DNA of 64,000 nucleotides from Alphaproteobacteria bacterium (GTDB lineage Bacteria; Pseudomonadota; Alphaproteobacteria; Rs-D84): NCBI GenBank assembly GCA_017534945.1, contig JAFXVB010000026.1, positions 65,034 to 129,033 of the forward strand, read 5' to 3'. Shown piece by piece: positions 58,151 to 64,000 of this stretch (position 1 is its first letter; each line of letters starts with the position of its first letter). The notes under the pieces were generated by a model. It saw only the letters and a program-made list of their open reading frames with translations, ran no database searches and was not told where the DNA came from. The position numbers and the translations under genes were made by a program.

Positions 58151-59922
58151 TTTTCCCCCTGTAATAAAGTTTTCATTACCGCGGCGGTTGTGCGTGCGGC
58201 GGGTCCACTGCCCCCGGAATGTTCTGTAATTGTGCACACGACATAACGCGGATTATCGGTTGGGGCATATCCCACAAACAATCCATGGTTTCGTTTATTC
58301 CACTCTAATTGTCCAGCGGTCAGCACCCCTGTGGCGCGTTCAGCCTTGGAAATATTACGCACTTGGGATGTTCCGGTTTTACCACCCATTTTTGCACCAT
58401 CAACATCAATTGCACTGCCGGCGGCGGTTCCACCGGGCATTGTCACCATTTCCAATCCGCGTAAAACAAAATTTATGTTTTTCGTATCCAGTCCTAAATT
58501 TTTAAACTTTGGATTTTTTTCATCATAAATAAGTCGTGGTATAACCTCTTTGTTTGACACAACGCGTGCCAACATGACCGCCAATTGCAGACAATTTGTT
58601 AAAATAAATCCTTGGCCAATACCAGAAATAACGGTATCCCCATGTACCCAATTTGCGCCAACATGTTTTTCCTTCCAATATTTATCAGGAACCACACCGG
58701 CCATTTCTTTTGGAAAAATATCGGTCAAATATTTTTCTGTTAACCCCAATTTCAGTGCCATTTTACGAATTGCATCAATTCCAATCTTTAACGCCAAACG
58801 ATAAAAATAAATATCGCAAGAATGTGCCAATGCGCCGGCTAAATTCACATGACCATGACCGCGTGATTCCCAACAATGATAACGCCGGTCGCCATAATCC
58901 CAATATCCGGGACAAAACACTTGCTCGTTCGGGGTAATCGCCCCAGATTCCAATGCCGCCAAAGCCACTATAATTTTAAAAGTTGAACCGGGCGGAAATA
59001 AACCTTCGACCGTCTTATTTACAAATGGTTTCATATAATCATTCCGCAATTGTTCAACATATTCATCGGCATCGTCCCCGGTAAATCGACCGGCATCAAA
59101 CCCAGGTGCCGATGTCATTGCCAAAATATCACCATTGCGGACATCTAATGCAATACCACAACCGGCCTTGTGCTGACGCAGTGCTTCGTATAAAACCTTT
59201 TGTGCGTCCCATCGAATTGTTGTTTTTATATCATGTCCTGGTTTTGGTTCTATGAATTGTTCTTCGTCTTCGCCGGTAATACGACCAACGGCGTTTGATA
59301 ACATAACTGTTTGTCCCGGGCGACCCGCCATATAATCATTAAATTTTTTTTCTAATCCTAAAATCCCAGTTGTAAAAAATGGCGCGTTTGGCATTGGGTT
59401 TTTCGGTGCGCCAACATAACCGAATATATGCGCCCCAGATTCACCCATTTCATACACGCGTGCATATCCCGCCGATATATGCACCCCCGGCAAATTTTTT
59501 GCACTCACCCGCGCCAAATTTTTCCAATCAGTATGTTCGGATATCAAAACAGCCTGGAATTTTTGTTGTTTATTCATTTGCGCGTAAATGCGTTTAAGTG
59601 TTTTTTGTTTTAAATTCAAATCGCGGGTAAGCGTTGCCAATAATTCATCAATATTATCGGCTTCTTCGGGAATAACATATATGCGATAAATTGGTGTGTC
59701 GTGTGAAATAGGAATCCCTTCGGTTGATAAAATTTTACCGCGTTCGGGCATGTTTATTTGAATACGGAAAGAATTATTTTCACTTTTTCTTTTATAATCG
59801 CGATAGTTAAACACCTGCATCTGCAACATTCGCAAAATCAATGCAGATGTAAGAATTGCGCCCGTTGTTAAAAACAATGCACTGCGCCGGTCAAAAGTAT
59901 GTCCAACTTCTATATCAATCAT
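58147..59922 (-). CDS. mrdA: penicillin-binding protein 2 (elongasome transpeptidase)
   Basis: The STFK, SGI and KTGT motif series, positioned between mreD and rodA. Confidence 0.9.
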   Translation of the reverse strand: MIDIEVGHTFDRRSALFLTTGAILTSALILRMLQMQVFNYRDYKRKSENNSFRIQINMPERGKILSTEGIPISHDTPIYRIYVIPEEADNIDELLATLTRDLNLKQKTLKRIYAQMNKQQKFQAVLISEHTDWKNLARVSAKNLPGVHISAGYARVYEMGESGAHIFGYVGAPKNPMPNAPFFTTGILGLEKKFNDYMAGRPGQTVMLSNAVGRITGEDEEQFIEPKPGHDIKTTIRWDAQKVLYEALRQHKAGCGIALDVRNGDILAMTSAPGFDAGRFTGDDADEYVEQLRNDYMKPFVNKTVEGLFPPGSTFKIIVALAALESGAITPNEQVFCPGYWDYGDRRYHCWESRGHGHVNLAGALAHSCDIYFYRLALKIGIDAIRKMALKLGLTEKYLTDIFPKEMAGVVPDKYWKEKHVGANWVHGDTVISGIGQGFILTNCLQLAVMLARVVSNKEVIPRLIYDEKNPKFKNLGLDTKNINFVLRGLEMVTMPGGTAAGSAIDVDGAKMGGKTGTSQVRNISKAERATGVLTAGQLEWNKRNHGLFVGYAPTDNPRYVVCTITEHSGGSGPAARTTAAVMKTLLQGEK

Positions 59923-60373
59923 CGCGATGCACCCTTTTTAATAAATTTATAACCGGAATATAAATTACCGAAACCCATATAAACAAGCATATACAACGCC
60001 ACAACATAATCCAAGAAATATTTATAATCATCAAAATAAATAACGATAATCCAAAAAATATTATAAATGGCACAATTGCATTTTTATCAGTCCTTTGTAA
60101 ATCAATAAAATATTGAAAACCATTTACTGCATACGCGATAAAATACATTGTTGTCCAAAACAATACTGTTCCACCGGTATAATCAATCAAAAAACAAAAC
60201 AAAATTGACATCAATGAAAAATACGGTATTGGTCGCACAAAAGAATAATAAAATATAGGGATTATTGCAAGTATTCCCGCCGGATTCCAAAAATTCAATT
60301 GCAAACGCCATAAAATAATCACCGCCAAAAATGGAGAAATCTTACGCAAAAAAGAAACAATATCTTTTATCAT
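59915..60373 (-). CDS. mreD: rod shape-determining protein MreD-like
   Basis: 152-aa polytopic membrane protein between mreC and mrdA. This call is positional. Confidence 0.55.
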   Translation of the reverse strand: MIKDIVSFLRKISPFLAVIILWRLQLNFWNPAGILAIIPIFYYSFVRPIPYFSLMSILFCFLIDYTGGTVLFWTTMYFIAYAVNGFQYFIDLQRTDKNAIVPFIIFFGLSLFILMIINISWIMLWRCICLFIWVSVIYIPVINLLKRVHRDD

Positions 60374-61191
60374 TTATATTCATTATTTGTGTTAAATTCC
60401 AATACTTTGACACGTGATACAGATTTTGGTTCCAAAACCTTTACTTCGTGATTATTTTTCATTGTTCCAACCAAAATACCATTTGGTAAAACACCACTAA
60501 TATTACTGGTTATGACGGTCATACCTTTGGCACCTTTGAATTCAGGCCGACTGAAAAAACCAATTTCTGCATATACCGAACCATCACCTTGCAAAAATCC
60601 ATAAACTTCATCCCCGGCAATTCTTACAGCAATATTACTGTCGGCATCATTTAATGCACGAACACGTGAAAATTCACCACCAACATCCACGACCATGCCC
60701 GCCATAATACCATCAATTGATGTGACCACCATACCTTTTTTCACACCATCAAAAACACCTTTGTTTATCAAAAAATGACTGTGATGTAATGCGACTGTAT
60801 CATGAACAACATCCGCCATAATAACACTTTGCGGTGTTGCATGAACAATATCCAATTCGTTTGACAATCGTTTGTTTTCTTCGATTGCAACTGTGCATGT
60901 GTTTTTATCCGCCAATGCCGCGTTTAATTCATGTTGCAACCGTTCGTTTTCAGCCCGCAAATGCGACAAATCATATATGTTTTCCACAGATTCCCCAACG
61001 GCGCGAATTGGCCATGTAATAACATCACCAATAAAATGCGCGGTTGGCACAATCACATGCCCCAAAGCGTTAAGTAAGTAAAAATCAGGTTTAGACACCA
61101 AAATATATATAAAAACAACCGGTACAGCTGCCGCGGCGGCGGCCGATTTAATAAGTTTTACAACCCGCGAAGATAACTTGTTTTGATTCAT
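60370..61191 (-). CDS. mreC: rod shape-determining protein MreC
   Basis: One TM, the coiled coil LRAENERLQHELN, and beta-rich C-terminal domains. I placed the start at MNQNKL; the ORF track extends it to 61305. Confidence 0.75.
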   Translation of the reverse strand: MNQNKLSSRVVKLIKSAAAAAAVPVVFIYILVSKPDFYLLNALGHVIVPTAHFIGDVITWPIRAVGESVENIYDLSHLRAENERLQHELNAALADKNTCTVAIEENKRLSNELDIVHATPQSVIMADVVHDTVALHHSHFLINKGVFDGVKKGMVVTSIDGIMAGMVVDVGGEFSRVRALNDADSNIAVRIAGDEVYGFLQGDGSVYAEIGFFSRPEFKGAKGMTVITSNISGVLPNGILVGTMKNNHEVKVLEPKSVSRVKVLEFNTNNEYK

Positions 61192-61332
61192 CGTCGCCCC
61201 CAGTGTAAACACTAAAAAACGAACATTCAATAAAAACTTGATTTTTTGTTTATTTATGCCAAAATAAAACCACAACCGTCCAAAATGGCATATCGGCATT
61301 GCCATCAGGATATATAAACAAAGGGGTAAAAA

Positions 61333-61536
61333 ATGCCAAAATTAAAGACAAAGTCTTATTTAAAGAAACGTGCGTCTATGACTGCAACTGGAAAAATCCG
61401 CGTTGCCAGAAATGCTCACAAAAAATTACTGCGTCATAAGTCCAAGCGTGCAAATAACGCTGGGTCAAAGCCACAGTATTTGAACGAAAACATGATGGGT
61501 CAGGCGAAAATCTTGGCACCATACGGTTTGAAATAG
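61333..61536 (+). CDS. rpmI: 50S ribosomal protein L35
   Basis: MPKLKTKSYLKKRASMTATGKIRVARNAHKKLL. Confidence 0.9.
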   Translation: MPKLKTKSYLKKRASMTATGKIRVARNAHKKLLRHKSKRANNAGSKPQYLNENMMGQAKILAPYGLK

Positions 61537-61551
61537 TAAAGGGGGCAAGTT

Positions 61552-61920
61552 ATGGCAAGAGTAAAACGTGGAACAACAGTTAAACAAAAGCACAATAAAA
61601 TCTTGGCGCGCGCCAAAGGTTATTTGGGTCGTCATCACTCTACATATCGTGCTGCACGTGAAAAAACTGAAAAAGCAGGTCAATATGCATATCGCGACCG
61701 TCGCGTCAAAAAACGCGAATTTCGTGGATTGTGGATTGTCCGTATTAACGCCGCGGTGCGTAATAATGGTTTAACATACTCTCAATTTATGAACGGCTTG
61801 AAAAAGGCTGGTGTTGCCCTGGACCGCAAGGTTTTGGCCGAAATGGCTTTTGCTGGGGATGAAAACTTCACAAAATTGATTGATGTTGCAAAACGATTTA
61901 CAGCAAAGGATGAAAAATAA
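61552..61920 (+). CDS. rplT: 50S ribosomal protein L20
   Basis: [24 protein letters not shown]...[12 protein letters not shown]. Confidence 0.95.
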   Translation: MARVKRGTTVKQKHNKILARAKGYLGRHHSTYRAAREKTEKAGQYAYRDRRVKKREFRGLWIVRINAAVRNNGLTYSQFMNGLKKAGVALDRKVLAEMAFAGDENFTKLIDVAKRFTAKDEK

Positions 61921-61955
61921 TCCTTGGCGGTATCGTTTTGTTTTGCAATAATAAA

Positions 61956-61981
61956 GCCGTCAAGTTATTGACGGCTTTTTA
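61956..61981 (+). terminator. rho-independent terminator after rplT
   Basis: GCCGTCAA-GTTA-TTGACGGC followed by a T-run. Confidence 0.7.
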
Positions 61982-62011
61982 TTATGGCACTATAATGTTG
62001 CAGATATTTTA

Positions 62012-62980
62012 ATGAAGGGTAAAATTATGTTGGATGAAATTAAAAAAATAGAATCTTTGGAAGAATTACAAAGTTTATATACATCTGTATTCGGCAAAAA
62101 TGGAACTATGACGGCGAAATTAAAAACAATGGCGACATTGTCAAACGATGAACGCGCGGCATTAAATACTGAAAATACCGAATTGCGCCAGGCGTTCAAA
62201 ATGCGTCAAACTGAATTAGAACACGCCGCATTAAACGCGAAATTGTCGGGTGAATATGTTGATGTGACTTTGGATACAGAACCAAAAAACCATGGAACAT
62301 TGCATCCTTTGACCGAAACATTGTCGCAAATTGGCGCAATTTTGGAATCTTTGGGATACACAATGTGGACAGGACCAGAGGTCGAAGATGATTGGCATAA
62401 CTTTACCGCATTAAATACACCGTCGTATCATCCGGCGCGTGACATGCAAGATTCTTTTTTCTTGGACAACGGAAATGTGTTGCGCACACAAACATCGGCA
62501 ATTCAAATCAGGGCAATGGAGGGTGCGGGTGTGCCGATTAAAATGTTTGGTGTTGGTCGTACGTATCGCAAAGAAATGGACGCAACGCACAGTCCAATGT
62601 TTGGTCAAATCGAAGGTTTATATGTTGATAAAACAGATAGACATATAACAATGTCTGATTTGGTTGCAACAATTCGCACTATGTTGGAAAGATATTTTGA
62701 AAGAAAATTGGAAATGCGTATTCGTCCGTCATACTTTCCGTTCACAGAACCATCAATTGAAATAGATATTAAATGGAACGGCGATAAATGGCTGGAAATT
62801 GCGGGTGCCGGTATGGTGCATCCAAATGTGTTGCGTAATTGCGGAATTAATCCTGATGAATACCAAGGTTTTGCATTTGGATTTGGTTGGGACAGAATTG
62901 CAATGTTGAAATTTGGATTAAACGATATTCGTAAATTCTATGACGGCGATATTCGTTGGTTGAAAAATAGTGGATTTTAA
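62012..62980 (+). CDS. pheS: phenylalanine--tRNA ligase alpha subunit
   Basis: HPARDMQDSFF, GRTYRKE and FPFTEPS motifs. The start could instead be the ATG at 62027. Confidence 0.9.
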   Translation: MKGKIMLDEIKKIESLEELQSLYTSVFGKNGTMTAKLKTMATLSNDERAALNTENTELRQAFKMRQTELEHAALNAKLSGEYVDVTLDTEPKNHGTLHPLTETLSQIGAILESLGYTMWTGPEVEDDWHNFTALNTPSYHPARDMQDSFFLDNGNVLRTQTSAIQIRAMEGAGVPIKMFGVGRTYRKEMDATHSPMFGQIEGLYVDKTDRHITMSDLVATIRTMLERYFERKLEMRIRPSYFPFTEPSIEIDIKWNGDKWLEIAGAGMVHPNVLRNCGINPDEYQGFAFGFGWDRIAMLKFGLNDIRKFYDGDIRWLKNSGF

Positions 62981-62995
62981 TTACAGGGGAATAAA

Positions 62996-64000
62996 ATGAA
63001 ATGGTCTTATGAATGGTTGCGTGAATATCTGGATACAGAATATTCGCCAGAACAAATTTGCGATATGTTAAATCGCACAGGACTTGAAGTAGAAGATTTC
63101 GAAAACCCGATTCCTGTGGTTGCGGCAAAAATTGTTGATTGTAAACAAATGGAAAACAGCGACCATTTGCATGTTTTGATGGTTGATGATGGTGGTGATG
63201 AATTGCGCCAGGTTGTTTGTGGTGCGCCAAATGTGCGTGTTGGTTTAATATCTGCGCTGGCACGACCCGGGTGTAAAATCTGTGGCGAAACAATAAAAGC
63301 GGGCAAATTGCGTGGCGTTATGTCAAACGGCATGATGTGCAGTGAACGCGAATTGGGACTGGGGGATGACCATACGGGCATCATGGAATTACCAGACGAT
63401 ACAAAATTGGGTACACCTGTGCCGGGAATTGCGACAAGTGCGATTTTTGATACAGGTATTACACCAAATCGTCCTGATTATTTGGCGGTGCGTGGAATTG
63501 CATTGGATTTGGCGGCGTGTGGTGCGGGTCATTATATTGCAAATGTGCCGGATATATTACCTGATAAAAAAGGTGTGCGTGATGTCAAAATTATGACTGA
63601 CCGTTGTCCAACATATCGTATGGCAGAAATACATGGTATTAAAAATGCGCCATCAAATTCTAAAATTGCATCACGATTGATTGCGGCGGGTATAAATCCA
63701 AAGAACGCGTGTGTGGATGCAACGAATTATATTTGTTATGATATGTCGCAACCACTTCATTGTTTTGATGCCGATAAAATAAATGGCTCTATAATAATCC
63801 GTACAGCACAAAACGGTGAAATGTTCACAGATTTATTTGGTAATGAATATGAATTAACAGATAAAGATTTGGTTATTGCTGACCTGTCTGGTATTTTAGC
63901 ATTGGCGGGGATTGTTGGTGGTGAACGCGCTTGTGTACACGATGACACAAAAAATATTATCATTGAATCTGCATATTTTGAACCGGTTGGAATTCGTAAA
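62996..64000 (+). CDS. pheT: phenylalanine--tRNA ligase beta subunit, N-terminal part (continues beyond the window)
   Basis: I translated this by hand: MKWSYEWLREYLD..., a tRNA-binding domain with KLRGVMSNGMMCSERELGL, then the B3/4 region. The frame is open to the window end. It is not in the ORF track because no stop is reached. Confidence 0.85.
   Translation, partial: MKWSYEWLREYLDTEYSPEQICDMLNRTGLEVEDFENPIPVVAAKIVDCKQMENSDHLHVLMVDDGGDELRQVVCGAPNVRVGLISALARPGCKICGETIKAGKLRGVMSNGMMCSERELGLGDDHTGIMELPDDTKLGTPVPGIATSAIFDTGITPNRPDYLAVRGIALDLAACGAGHYIANVPDILPDKKGVRDVKIMTDRCPTYRMAEIHGIKNAPSNSKIASRLIAAGINPKNACVDATNYICYDMSQPLHCFDADKINGSIIIRTAQNGEMFTDLFGNEYELTDKDLVIADLSGILALAGIVGGERACVHDDTKNIIIESAYFEPVGIRK

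Overview
This looks like a low-GC chromosomal segment from a Gram-negative bacterium, probably alphaproteobacterial (Rickettsiales/Holosporales-like). That lineage call is my inference from the alpha-type AddB, the zinc-less L36, the TopA C-terminal repeats and the virB3/virB4 genes; no database search was possible.

Most of the window is housekeeping:
- DNA repair and replication: xthA, addB, uvrB, ung, gyrB, dnaG, topA.
- Translation and GTPases: engB, rsmI, tsaE, aspS, rpmJ, ychF, rpmI-rplT-pheST.
- Envelope and division: lolCD, ftsQ/ftsA, galE, lpxC/lpxK, mreCD-mrdA-rodA.
- Five tRNAs: Tyr, Gly, Met/Ile2(CAT), Thr, fMet.

The parts worth a second look:
1. A near-textbook T-box antiterminator with an Asp-compatible bulge sits upstream of aspS. 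This is unexpected in a proteobacterium.
2. A type IVb-pilus/T2SS-like operon (lipoprotein, bitopic GspL/PilO-like protein, PilP-like protein, GspE ATPase, GspF platform) follows lpxC directly and has no pilin or prepilin peptidase. A divergent secretin-like lipoprotein lies 23 kb away beside lolCD.
3. An orphan virB3-virB4 operon is translationally coupled to two paralogous secreted HExxH proteins. It abuts a tRNA-fMet that carries duplicated 3'-end fragments.
4. A roughly 310-bp AT-rich region with two TTTTCCACA DnaA-type boxes and phased repeats is a candidate oriC.
5. One continuous ORF fuses FtsA to ribulose-phosphate 3-epimerase.
6. A small islet beside tRNA-Tyr encodes a two-gene module with a clan-CD (legumain/caspase-like) His-Cys protein.
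7. Also present are a dispersed 23-nt repeat with heptamer arrays, a nested inverted-repeat element, a structured leader or sRNA, and several repeat-rich effector-like proteins.

All functional calls rest on motifs I recognised by eye. GC statements are visual or hand-counted on a few lines only.
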